Source of the DNA: Clostridia bacterium
GTDB taxonomy: Bacteria > Bacillota > Clostridia > JAQVDB01
Length of the DNA stretch: 57,621 nucleotides
Assembly (NCBI GenBank): GCA_028698525.1
Contig: JAQVDB010000002.1
Coordinates: forward strand, 1 to 57,621
Direction: 5' to 3'
Part shown: positions 19,116 through 27,735 of the stretch, piece by piece
Position numbering within the stretch: the first letter of the stretch is position 1
Layout of the letters: the number at the start of each line of letters is the position of its first letter
Translations under genes and position numbers: made by a program
The notes under the pieces: generated by a model
What the model was told of the DNA's origin: nothing
What the model saw: only the letters and a program-made list of their open reading frames with translations
Database searches by the model: none

Positions 19116-20873
19116 CTATTCAACAACTTTATAATCGGCTTGATCTAATATGTTTCTGCTGCTATAGTCAAACAATATGACTACCTTCTTATCCCTGATA
19201 TCTTCTATATTACATCCCTGGATATATGCCGCAACATAATTTTCAAACTGCTCAAAATGGACATGCCTTATTATATGTTTTGCAGATTTTCCAATAAAAT
19301 GTGGCAAAAATTTCTCCACATTTTCCCTTGATTTTAAAAATTCGAAACACCTATTTTTTATATCCACATGATTGCTATATGCTTTGATGAATTCAGGCAG
19401 TTTGCCGGTTTTATTTTGTCTCAGATAGTCAAACTTCAATATGTCACAGAACAGGGCAGCGTCCCGATGTATCCTTGTTATATAAAATTCAAGCAATATT
19501 TTATATAACATCTTTCTACTATGAGAAACCTTGGCATAACCCTTAGCAAAATAAAATTCCGAAAATTCCTCATAAAACTTAAAAGGAGAATCAAAGTAGT
19601 TGTCAATTATATATTTTACTGAACAATCAAAGGCATGACTGTTCCAATATTTTTCAACTAAATCCTCAATCATTTTAAGCTTTGCTATTTCTCTATATGA
19701 CATATAAACATTGCTCATCACTTCATATGGAGGAAAATCAGTATAAACATAGCTATGCTCCCGAGCCATCCTCCTCATATCAGTTCCTTTAAGCAGCTTT
19801 AAAAAGCCTAATTGGAGCCTGTCCGGCTTCAGCATGTATATATCATTAAAGGATTGTGAAAATGAATGATATGTTTCATAGGGCAATCCGGCTATCAAAT
19901 CCAGGTGCTGGTGTATATTTCTCATATCGTATACCTTTTTCACATTATCACTTAAAAGTTTAAAGTCCATCCTCCTGTTTATGCTCTCTAGCGTCTTTGG
20001 GTTGGTGCTCTGTACCCCTATTTCAAATTGAAAAAGGCCTGGGGGTGCTTTACTTATAACCTTTATCATCCTGTCATCTATCAAATCACCGTTGATTTCA
20101 AAATGAAAAGAGGTTTTATCGCTATTTTCTATCAAGAATGAAAATACTTGAAGAGCATAATCCATATTACAATTAAATGTCCTGTCTACAAATTTAACTT
20201 TGTCTACACCTGCTCGTATAAATGTCATCAAATCTTTCTTTACCCTGTCCAGACTAAAAAACCTCACTCCTTTTGAAGCTGAAGAAAGGCAATATGCACA
20301 TTTATACGGACATCCCCTTGAGCATTCATAATATATGAGTTTTGAATGATCTATCAATTTATCTATATCCTGATATGGAAAAGGTATGTCATCCAAATTC
20401 TGTATAGGCTCTCTATCCTGAGCCTCCAACACCCTATCTTTATCCCGAAAGCATATACCAGCTACATCAGAAACACTCTGATCTTTACTGATACAAGTTA
20501 TTAATTCCCGAAAGCTCTCTTCCCCCTCACCTTTTACAATAAAATCAATAAAATCATGCTCCCTTAACAGATCAGCACAATCATATGATACCTCCGGCCC
20601 TCCTAATATTATCTTTATAGAATCATCTACCATCTTGAGGTGTCTGCAAATCACCAACGTTTGCTGAATGTTCCATATATAACAAGAAAAACAAACAACT
20701 TCTACATCTTTAAAATATATATCTCCTATTATGTAATCCAATGTATCATTTATTGTATACTCCTGCAAAATAAAATTCACATTCTCAATACCAGCACAAT
20801 AATTGTTGAGATACCTTATAGCTAAGTTTGAATGTATATATTTAGAGTTTAAAGTGGTCAATAACACCTTCAT
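19116..20873 (-). CDS. B12-binding domain radical SAM protein (DUF4080-type C-terminus)
   Basis: N-terminal B12-binding-like domain, CSRGCPYKCAYC radical SAM cluster motif, long helical C-terminal extension; 585 aa. Confidence 0.85.
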   Translation of the reverse strand: MKVLLTTLNSKYIHSNLAIRYLNNYCAGIENVNFILQEYTINDTLDYIIGDIYFKDVEVVCFSCYIWNIQQTLVICRHLKMVDDSIKIILGGPEVSYDCADLLREHDFIDFIVKGEGEESFRELITCISKDQSVSDVAGICFRDKDRVLEAQDREPIQNLDDIPFPYQDIDKLIDHSKLIYYECSRGCPYKCAYCLSSASKGVRFFSLDRVKKDLMTFIRAGVDKVKFVDRTFNCNMDYALQVFSFLIENSDKTSFHFEINGDLIDDRMIKVISKAPPGLFQFEIGVQSTNPKTLESINRRMDFKLLSDNVKKVYDMRNIHQHLDLIAGLPYETYHSFSQSFNDIYMLKPDRLQLGFLKLLKGTDMRRMAREHSYVYTDFPPYEVMSNVYMSYREIAKLKMIEDLVEKYWNSHAFDCSVKYIIDNYFDSPFKFYEEFSEFYFAKGYAKVSHSRKMLYKILLEFYITRIHRDAALFCDILKFDYLRQNKTGKLPEFIKAYSNHVDIKNRCFEFLKSRENVEKFLPHFIGKSAKHIIRHVHFEQFENYVAAYIQGCNIEDIRDKKVVILFDYSSRNILDQADYKVVE

Positions 20874-20978
20874 AATTTATCTTCTCCTATTTTATTAATG
20901 CCTTTAAAAATACCCAAAGTTATTGTTATATCATACACTAATTATATATCAATATACTGTATGGGAGGAGTATAAAGA

Positions 20979-21548
20979 ATGATAAAATATATCGTTCAGT
21001 CCGGCGATAACTTGCAAAATATTGCATTAAAGTTCAATATATCCATGCAAGATATAGTTAGGCTAAATAAGATAAAAGACCCTGACATGATATGCCCAGG
21101 GGAAAAATTACTTATACCTGTATATTCAATACCATACTATCCATACCCTGTTCAGATAAAGCCCTGCCCTTATTGGTTGATTCCAGATTCTCTATTTATA
21201 TGTATATCAACAGATAAGACTTTCTACAGAATGGGAGAAAGGCTGAAGACAACACTTTTAAAAACAAATATGGGTAGACAAGATATAGCACTTACTTATA
21301 ATACCAGTCAGCAGTACGATTTTTTGATAAAACATATATCAGGTAAAACTTTGTGGAAATGGTCAGAAGATAAATGCTTCACACAGTCAATAGGAAAAAT
21401 AATCATAGAACCGGATAAGACTATACGATATTGTGAGGTTTTCAGCATTCCGAAAAGTATAGAGAAAGGAATATATACTGTAATAGGTTGGAACACTTCC
21501 CGAGAATCAAAAAAATTTAAACTCTGCTTACCTATAGTAATCATATAA
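20979..21548 (+). CDS. LysM domain protein with a BsuPI-like (intracellular proteinase inhibitor) C-terminal domain
   Basis: N-terminal LysM (YIVQSGDNLQNIALKFNIS...). The C-terminal YDFLIKH..GKTLWKWSEDKCFTQ segment resembles BsuPI. Confidence 0.65.
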   Translation: MIKYIVQSGDNLQNIALKFNISMQDIVRLNKIKDPDMICPGEKLLIPVYSIPYYPYPVQIKPCPYWLIPDSLFICISTDKTFYRMGERLKTTLLKTNMGRQDIALTYNTSQQYDFLIKHISGKTLWKWSEDKCFTQSIGKIIIEPDKTIRYCEVFSIPKSIEKGIYTVIGWNTSRESKKFKLCLPIVII

Positions 21549-21569
21549 ATACTGGCTATATGCCAGTAT

Positions 21570-22067
21570 TTATATGTCATTTATACCTTTATTGCCTCTC
21601 TGTAAAGCTATAGTTCCTGTTCTTACAGTTTCAATAATTCCATAACGAGCCAACAACTTCTCCATAGCTTTTACCTTATCCTTATCCCCGGTTATTTCGA
21701 TAACCAGAGCATTGGTATCTACATCTACTATTTTGGCTCTAAAAATATCAACAATTTGCATTACTTCCGATCTAGTTTCTTTTGTTGTAGCCACCTTCAT
21801 CAATACAAGTTCCCTGCATACAGATTTATGGGGTTCTAATTCAATCACCTTTATTACATCTACTAATTTGCTTATTTGCTTTTTTATCTGATCCACTTCT
21901 CTTTCATCACCATTGGCAACAATAGTCAATCGTGAAATCTTTGGATTCTCCGTCTCTTCACCTGTAAAGCTATCTATATTAAATCCCCGCCTTGTAAATA
22001 AGCCAGATACTCTGGTTACCACGCCATATTGATTATGTACCAATACTGATATTATATGCTTTGCCAT
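21570..22067 (-). CDS. ilvN: Acetolactate synthase small (regulatory, ACT) subunit
   Basis: HIISVLVHNQYGVVTRVSGLFTRRGFNIDS signature; 165 aa. Confidence 0.85.
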   Translation of the reverse strand: MAKHIISVLVHNQYGVVTRVSGLFTRRGFNIDSFTGEETENPKISRLTIVANGDEREVDQIKKQISKLVDVIKVIELEPHKSVCRELVLMKVATTKETRSEVMQIVDIFRAKIVDVDTNALVIEITGDKDKVKAMEKLLARYGIIETVRTGTIALQRGNKGINDI

Positions 22068-22103
22068 TTTATTGCTCCCTTCCTAGTTGGTATTGAAATT
22101 CAT

Positions 22104-22823
22104 TTAAAACCAAGGCTTGTTATTCGCCCTTCTTACATGGATATCATCGATAACCGCATTGCTGTGCCTATGATTCAATAAGAAAAGAACAATATCCGCA
22201 ATCTCGTCAGGGCTAATCAATCCGGATACATCCAAATCAGGTCTCATCTTGATAACCATATCTGTTGCAACTCCCCCAGGACATATTGTATGAACCCTTA
22301 TTCCCAGGTCCTGAACCTCCTGTGCTAAAACGTTGCTCATACCCATCAATGCATGTTTTGAAGCTGTATAGGCAGCTTGATTTACATACCCCTTGACCCC
22401 TACAACAGAAGAAATATTTATAATTGTAGCGTCTTTTGAGCATTGTAAATAGGGAACAGCCTGTTTGCACAGCAAAAACGGTGCTCTTGCATTTAATTCC
22501 ATATGCATATCCCATTCTTGGACAGTTGTCTCACACAGGGGTTTAGGTATAGCAATGCCCGCATTATTAATAAGATAATCCAATCTCCCAAAATCCTCTA
22601 TACATCTTGCAATTATCTGGGAAGGAATATCAGCATCTGCAAGATCTGCAGCTTTTATTACAGCTCTTATGCCTTGCTGCTCTACGTGAGATTTTACTGT
22701 TTCAAGGTCTTGGGCCGAACGGCTGACAAGCATTAGGTTGACCCCTTTTTCAGCCAATCTCATGGCTAAAACCCTTCCTATCCCCCGGCTGGCTCCAGTT
22801 ACTAAAGCAACATTTCCTTTCAT
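22104..22823 (-). CDS. SDR-family oxidoreductase
   Basis: TGASRGIG cofactor motif and YTASKHA catalytic motif. The likely start is ATG 22823, behind GGAGGGGG. Confidence 0.85.
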   Translation of the reverse strand: MKGNVALVTGASRGIGRVLAMRLAEKGVNLMLVSRSAQDLETVKSHVEQQGIRAVIKAADLADADIPSQIIARCIEDFGRLDYLINNAGIAIPKPLCETTVQEWDMHMELNARAPFLLCKQAVPYLQCSKDATIINISSVVGVKGYVNQAAYTASKHALMGMSNVLAQEVQDLGIRVHTICPGGVATDMVIKMRPDLDVSGLISPDEIADIVLFLLNHRHSNAVIDDIHVRRANNKPWF

Positions 22824-22963
22824 ACTATCCCCCTCCAAATCTATCCTTTTACTATAAACTTAATTTGATTTTCTATTTAATCTTTTATTTGTAAAACTAA
22901 TAGTATTATACCATAGGTCTCTAGTAAACTATAAGATAGCAATTCCATCCCAGCTTTGCCCAA

Positions 22964-23007
22964 AATAAAAAAATCCGGATACTCTTTTCAAAGTGTGCCG
23001 GATTTTT
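22964..23007 (-). terminator. Hairpin plus U-run after the ThyX-like gene
   Basis: Stem aaatccgg/ccggattt (22971-22978/22998-23005), followed on the minus strand by UUUUAUUUU. Confidence 0.5.
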
Positions 23008-23015
23008 AAAGCATG

Positions 23016-23588
23016 TTAAACTAATACCATATCCTTCATACAGGGAAGACCTTCAATCCAATCACAAACTTTCTTCCATTCTTTCAGTTTATGATTTCTC
23101 CTCTGATAATACATTGTCTTAAGCTGTAAATAATTAGTCACAATACCTGCTGTAAGTTGTAGACCCATAGGAGTGTTAGAAACTATCTGCTGAAATAATT
23201 CATCAGAAGGATTTTCTTTATATTCTTCCACTAACTTCTGGAGCAATTGTATCGCTTCCGGCAGCACATATTCATTACACTGATTACTTATATCCATATG
23301 TACTATCCTATGCATTTTAGACTGGCTAGAAACTATATCAGCAAAATGATATCTCTGAAACTGCAACCACCAATATTGTGGAGCAGTAAAATCTGCCTGT
23401 ACTATAATACCCTTGAGAAAACAATCATGCCCGCTGCCTACCTTGGCACAGCCTAACTTTTTTGCCCTTTTAAGGTCTTTGTCACTATATCCTTGTTTTC
23501 TTAAACCTTCATCCCCTATACTCATAGGATATCCACTCACTATTATACTCTTCTCAAGGCCATATACCCTCGTATCCTTAATCTCCAT
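23016..23588 (-). CDS. ThyX-fold protein lacking the canonical ThyX RHR/SxRY motif (function unknown)
   Basis: By-eye alignment to ThyX. SGHDCFLKGIIVQADFTAPQYWWLQFQRYHFADIVSSQSKMH matches [34 protein letters not shown]. C-terminal N..L....RRNHKLKEW matches NARSL..L..R....AQWEI. Confidence 0.5.
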   Translation of the reverse strand: MEIKDTRVYGLEKSIIVSGYPMSIGDEGLRKQGYSDKDLKRAKKLGCAKVGSGHDCFLKGIIVQADFTAPQYWWLQFQRYHFADIVSSQSKMHRIVHMDISNQCNEYVLPEAIQLLQKLVEEYKENPSDELFQQIVSNTPMGLQLTAGIVTNYLQLKTMYYQRRNHKLKEWKKVCDWIEGLPCMKDMVLV

Positions 23589-23657
23589 TCAAACCACTTC
23601 CCCTAACTATTAACTATTATAACTAGATAAATATGTAAAATGATAATAAATCTATAA

Positions 23658-24944
23658 TTAAATATTTTCCACCTTTAATATGCACGCAACCTTTTGTACA
23701 ATATCATTTTCTAGTATCTCATTTAGCGCTTTATCTAATATACTTCGCTCTACTCCATATGTTATAAATATAAGCGGTACTAGATCTTCACCTTTAGCCC
23801 TTTGGGACACCGATTCCAAGCTTATTCCGTATTTTCCAAAGGTAGATGCTATCTTGCCCAGCTGTCCAGGCTTGTCCTCCACCATCACTCGTAAATAATA
23901 CTTGCTCTTGCCTTCCCCTATTGTGTTCAATCCGTTTTTATCAACTAAGTTTAAATTCCCAGATCTATAGCTAGTTCCCATCCTTTTAGATATGTCCAAA
24001 ATATCTCCCATAACGGCACTGCCTGTCGGCATAGAACCGGCACCCTTCCCAAGAAGCATCAGATCTCCTACTGCATTTCCATGTATGAAGAGAGCGTTAT
24101 ATTCATCATTTACAGAGGCCAGCGGATGTTTTTCAGGAACCAAGGCCGGATGTACATAATAAATAAAGTCATCTCCTTTTCTTCGTGCAGTAGCCAGAAG
24201 CTTGACTTTATATCCTATCTGACCAGCATACTCAATATCCTTCTGGGTGACTTTTGTTATTCCCTCTCTAGGTATTTCATCCGGAGAAAGTGTAAGTCCA
24301 AATACTATATATATCAATATAGAAAGCTTAAAAGCCGCGTCTTCACCTTCAATATCCGAAGTAGGATCAGCCTCTGCATAACCTTTTTGCTGTGCAAGCT
24401 TTAAGGCCTCATCAAAATCCATGCCATTATCGCCCATCTGAGTTAATATATAATTGGTAGTACCATTTATAATCCCCATTATACTATCTATCTTGTTTGC
24501 AGAAAGACTCCTAGTGATGTTATTTATTACGGGTATTCCCCCGGCTACGCTTGCCTCATACCTCAAATTTACACCCTGCTGCTTTGCTAATTGTCTCAGT
24601 TCCTCCCCTTTAGTAGCGATAACAGCCTTGTTGGCAGTCACCACATTCTTGCCTTTCAATAGGGCACTTTTTATATATTGATATGCCCCATCTATTCCAC
24701 CCACAAGCTCTACCACTATATCTATTTCCTCGTCGTTTATTATATCCTCAAATTTTTGGGTAAACACCTGGCCTGGTACATCCACACCTCTGTCCTTGTT
24801 TATATCCCTGACTAATATTTTTTTGATATGTATAGGCTTGTCTATATATCTTTCTATCTTATCTCTGTTCATCTGGATTATATTCCAGACTCCTTTTCCT
24901 ACATTGCCAAACCCGAGCAATGCTATATTTATACCATCCATCAA
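23658..24944 (-). CDS. hom: Homoserine dehydrogenase (with C-terminal ACT domain)
   Basis: LLGFGNVGKGV NAD-binding N-terminus, catalytic domain and ACT tail; 428 aa. Confidence 0.93.
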   Translation of the reverse strand: MMDGINIALLGFGNVGKGVWNIIQMNRDKIERYIDKPIHIKKILVRDINKDRGVDVPGQVFTQKFEDIINDEEIDIVVELVGGIDGAYQYIKSALLKGKNVVTANKAVIATKGEELRQLAKQQGVNLRYEASVAGGIPVINNITRSLSANKIDSIMGIINGTTNYILTQMGDNGMDFDEALKLAQQKGYAEADPTSDIEGEDAAFKLSILIYIVFGLTLSPDEIPREGITKVTQKDIEYAGQIGYKVKLLATARRKGDDFIYYVHPALVPEKHPLASVNDEYNALFIHGNAVGDLMLLGKGAGSMPTGSAVMGDILDISKRMGTSYRSGNLNLVDKNGLNTIGEGKSKYYLRVMVEDKPGQLGKIASTFGKYGISLESVSQRAKGEDLVPLIFITYGVERSILDKALNEILENDIVQKVACILKVENI

Positions 24945-25035
24945 ATTACTTTCGCTCCTTTTTTATATCAATTCTATTCATATATTATATACTAAAGACG
25001 GATAGTATTAAAGAAAAATGAGGTAAAATATCATA

Positions 25036-25490
25036 CAACAAAAGACCCAGAAAACTTCTGGGTCTTTATAAATAAAACGAGCACGTAATGATCTATCTTG
25101 CACTACCATGGATCGCTTATTACCCAGCCATAACCTTCCGGCTATGACCGAGCAGGTCACCACCCATGATAATGGGCTGTCCGACCATGCAAAGTACCTG
25201 CACAACCATATGCAACCAATGCGTTAAGCTGAGGCTGCATATGATCGAACATTACCAGACAAAATCTTCGGCACTTTGCATGATCTTTGCTCGACTCTAT
25301 ACGATAGGTTGGAATCTTATTGCAATCAAGCCTCAAAAGGTCATCGACTACAATAAAACTTTTCCCCACCGTATAGAATCTTCCCTCCGACTGCATACAA
25401 GCCTTTCAACCTGTATGCAATCTTTGGCCGACCTATATATACCCTATTTAGAGTATATACAAGTCTGGGCTCAACCATTACGTACCCGAC
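25036..25490 (-). ncRNA. Large structured RNA of unassigned class, copy 2 (adjacent to tRNA-Ala)
   Basis: TATAAT -10 at 25495-25500. Closing helix 25078-25090/25476-25488. At least 8 helices, including GAAA- and GGAA-capped hairpins. Strong intrinsic terminator (stem 25043-25050/25058-25065 plus U-run). Many G-U pairs exist only on the minus strand. Confidence 0.75.
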
Positions 25491-25594
25491 ATTTATTATA
25501 GTACCCTTTTTTATTGCATCTATTCCGGAATTTTTAAAGAATTATTATCAGATGATCTATACACATTATTGATGAGTTTTTAAAGATAGCAAAC

Positions 25595-25628
25595 AAAAAG
25601 AAGAAGCTTATCTTTGCTTCTTCTTTTT
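25595..25628 (-). terminator. Intrinsic terminator after tRNA-Ala
   Basis: 13-bp stem 25595-25607/25616-25628 (aaaaagaagaagc/gcttcttcttttt) with an 8-nt loop. Confidence 0.7.
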
Positions 25629-25637
25629 GTAATAAAA

Positions 25638-25713
25638 TGGTGGAGATGATGGGACTCGAACCCACGACTCCCTGAATGCCATTCAGGTACTCTCCCAACT
25701 GAGCTACATCCCC
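25638..25713 (-). tRNA. tRNA-Ala (anticodon GGC), CCA encoded
   Basis: The reverse complement reads GGGGATGTAGCTCAGTTGGGAGAGTACCTGAATGGCATTCAGGGAGTCGTGGGTTCGAGTCCCATCATCTCCACCA. It has a G3:U70 identity pair, anticodon loop AUGGCAU and a GTTCGAGTC T-loop. Confidence 0.95.
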
Positions 25714-25848
25714 AAAATAATTTATCAATTGTCCAATATTCAAATATCCTCTCAATGATATATTTTACATCAAACGACGCAAATTGTAAACAACAAAAAT
25801 TTACTCTATCTTTATAACTTAACTTCTTTGTATATAAAATTCATATAT

Positions 25849-26286
25849 TTATTTTACGATAAGTCTGACTCCTATAAACAGCAAAGCTACTCCTACCGCC
25901 TTAACAACAGTTAAAGGCTGCTTATCAACCCCAAATAAACCAAAATGATCTATAGCAATGCCGGTAATGACTTGTGTAATGACAATTATAGAAAGAGTTG
26001 CACCTGCTCCCAATACCGGCATAACTTTTATTGTAAAGAAAACTATTATAACACCCAAAATACCTCCGACTACAAGGTATGGAGGCGCCTTAAATACATT
26101 CCCTATCGTTTTTATATTATTTGAAAATAAATTAATACCTAAAAGTATGATCGTTCCTACTAAAAAACTAAAAAGAGCGGCAATTTTAGAATTAGTATAC
26201 TTGCCTAGCTCTGCGTTTATGGAACCCTGCAATGCCACCGAGACCCCCACTATTACAGCTAATAATATAGAATACGCCTTTTCCAT
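25849..26286 (-). CDS. DMT-superfamily small membrane transporter (DUF606/YdcZ-like)
   Basis: About 145-aa, 5-TM, glycine-rich hydrophobic protein. The likely start is ATG 26286, behind GAGAGG. Confidence 0.65.
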   Translation of the reverse strand: MEKAYSILLAVIVGVSVALQGSINAELGKYTNSKIAALFSFLVGTIILLGINLFSNNIKTIGNVFKAPPYLVVGGILGVIIVFFTIKVMPVLGAGATLSIIVITQVITGIAIDHFGLFGVDKQPLTVVKAVGVALLFIGVRLIVK

Positions 26287-26304
26287 TACAAACCTCTCAT
26301 TCAA

Positions 26305-26529
26305 TCATATGTTTAAATAGCTTTCCAATTCTTTTTTCTTTTCCTGTTTCTGACTCATGCCTTCTTCAATAGCCTCTCCAATCACTTGCTTAACTCTTTC
26401 TACATGATGCATGATGGACTTTACATCCTGGAGACAATCCCGACCAGATGACTTTTTGTATACATAAGTAGCTAAAAAACCCAAAGACAGTCCTATTATA
26501 ACTCCTTTACTAATTTTAGGCTTTTTCAT
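26305..26529 (-). CDS. Small membrane-anchored helical protein (YtxH-like)
   Basis: 74 aa with an N-terminal GxxxG-type TM segment and a charged helical tail, inside the sigB-downstream stress cluster. Confidence 0.4.
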   Translation of the reverse strand: MKKPKISKGVIIGLSLGFLATYVYKKSSGRDCLQDVKSIMHHVERVKQVIGEAIEEGMSQKQEKKKELESYLNI

Positions 26530-26932
26530 TGGCCTTGTCCCTCCTGTTTACAAAAAATTTATTAAAAAAACCTACTGCTCCTCTTATGCCTTCAATAGAA
26601 CTTGTAAATTCTATGATAGGTGGAACAACTGCTTTCTGTATTGTCTTTACCGATGTATTTGCAGTATCAGTAATTGATTTTATATTGGCTATCACATCGT
26701 CTAGCTCGTCTACTTTATCATTGATATTAGTAGTCAATTCCTTTAGGCTGTTCACCGTTTCAGGAAGCTCTTCTATAGTAGTAGAAATCTCCTGCTCACG
26801 GTTTGATATCATATCTGTTATCTGTTTTATTGAGTTATTTGCATTCTTTAATGTATTGCAAACATAAATACAGGCGATAAATATGCCTATTCCCATAAGT
26901 AATATACCAACTTCCCAAAGAGCTACTTCCAT
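26516..26932 (-). CDS. DUF948-like general stress protein (N-terminal TM plus coiled coil)
   Basis: 138 aa with one N-terminal TM followed by a long heptad-like helical region, directly downstream of sigB. Confidence 0.6.
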   Translation of the reverse strand: MEVALWEVGILLMGIGIFIACIYVCNTLKNANNSIKQITDMISNREQEISTTIEELPETVNSLKELTTNINDKVDELDDVIANIKSITDTANTSVKTIQKAVVPPIIEFTSSIEGIRGAVGFFNKFFVNRRDKANEKA

Positions 26933-26950
26933 AAATTCTTCCTCCCTGAT

Positions 26951-27733
26951 TTAAGAGTTAACAACTTGCTTATAGTATCCCTGGAGCTTCTTTATTATCC
27001 TTCTCTCCATCCTAGATACATACATTTGAGAAACCCCCAGCTCACTAGCAACCTTGTTTTGCGTTTTTTCCTCAAAAAACCTGGCATTTATAATCTTTTT
27101 CTCCAGCGGATTTAACCTTGAAAGACAATCATCTAAGAAATATTTATTTTCTATGTCCACCAATCCTTTTTCCTCTCTCCCAATCAATTCAAGCAAGCTT
27201 AAATCATTATCATCGCCTAAATTATCGTAAGTAGCTTCAATAGACTGAGGTGCATAGACTTGTCCAGATTCCATAGCTTCCAATATCTCTTCTTCATCTA
27301 CACCTAAATATTCAGCTATATCACTGACCTTAGGAGTTCTTTTTAATTTTTGTGTTAATTTTTCCTTTGACTTATTTATTTTATAATTTAACTCCTGTAT
27401 CCGCCTGGGTACTCTTATAACCCAACCTTTATCGCGAAAATATCTCTTTACTTCTCCAATAACAGTCGGGGTAGCAAAACTGGAAAATTCATATCCTCTG
27501 TCGACGTCATATCTTTCTACCGCCTTTATAACCGCTAAACTTGCCACCTGATATATATCATCATACTCTATTCCTCTATTAGCATACTTTTTAGCAATTA
27601 TTTCAGCAATATAAAGGTATCTGTGAACCAATTCATCCCTAATCTCTTTGTCTTTTGTAGCTTTGTACTCAGCAAATAATGCTTTATCCCCTTCATAAGC
27701 GGAGGAATTTTCTAAACCGTTTTTTTCAGGCAT
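26951..27733 (-). CDS. sigB: Alternative sigma factor, SigB type
   Basis: Sigma-70 regions 2-4 (RVPRRIQELNYKI, SQMYVSRMERR). It follows RsbV/RsbW homologs and resembles B. subtilis SigB more than SigF. Confidence 0.8.
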   Translation of the reverse strand: MPEKNGLENSSAYEGDKALFAEYKATKDKEIRDELVHRYLYIAEIIAKKYANRGIEYDDIYQVASLAVIKAVERYDVDRGYEFSSFATPTVIGEVKRYFRDKGWVIRVPRRIQELNYKINKSKEKLTQKLKRTPKVSDIAEYLGVDEEEILEAMESGQVYAPQSIEATYDNLGDDNDLSLLELIGREEKGLVDIENKYFLDDCLSRLNPLEKKIINARFFEEKTQNKVASELGVSQMYVSRMERRIIKKLQGYYKQVVNS

Positions 27734-27735
27734 AC

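Noticed and set aside
18480-25500. The repeated element as RNase P RNA, tmRNA, SRP RNA, 6S RNA, a group II intron or an IS/MITE
   Set aside because: It lacks the GAGGAAAGUCC P4 element, the tRNA-like ends with a tag ORF, the GUGCG 5' end, and an AGC-containing 34-nt domain V. It has no transposase, and its terminal inverted repeats are only about 8-13 bp and are better explained as a closing RNA helix with G-U pairs. Known large-RNA classes (OLE, ROOL, GOLLD, raiA, HEARO) could not be excluded or confirmed without covariance-model searches.
25534-25755. 73-aa minus-strand ORF
   Set aside because: It overlaps the tRNA-Ala gene and its terminator, so it is an artefact of the ORF scan.
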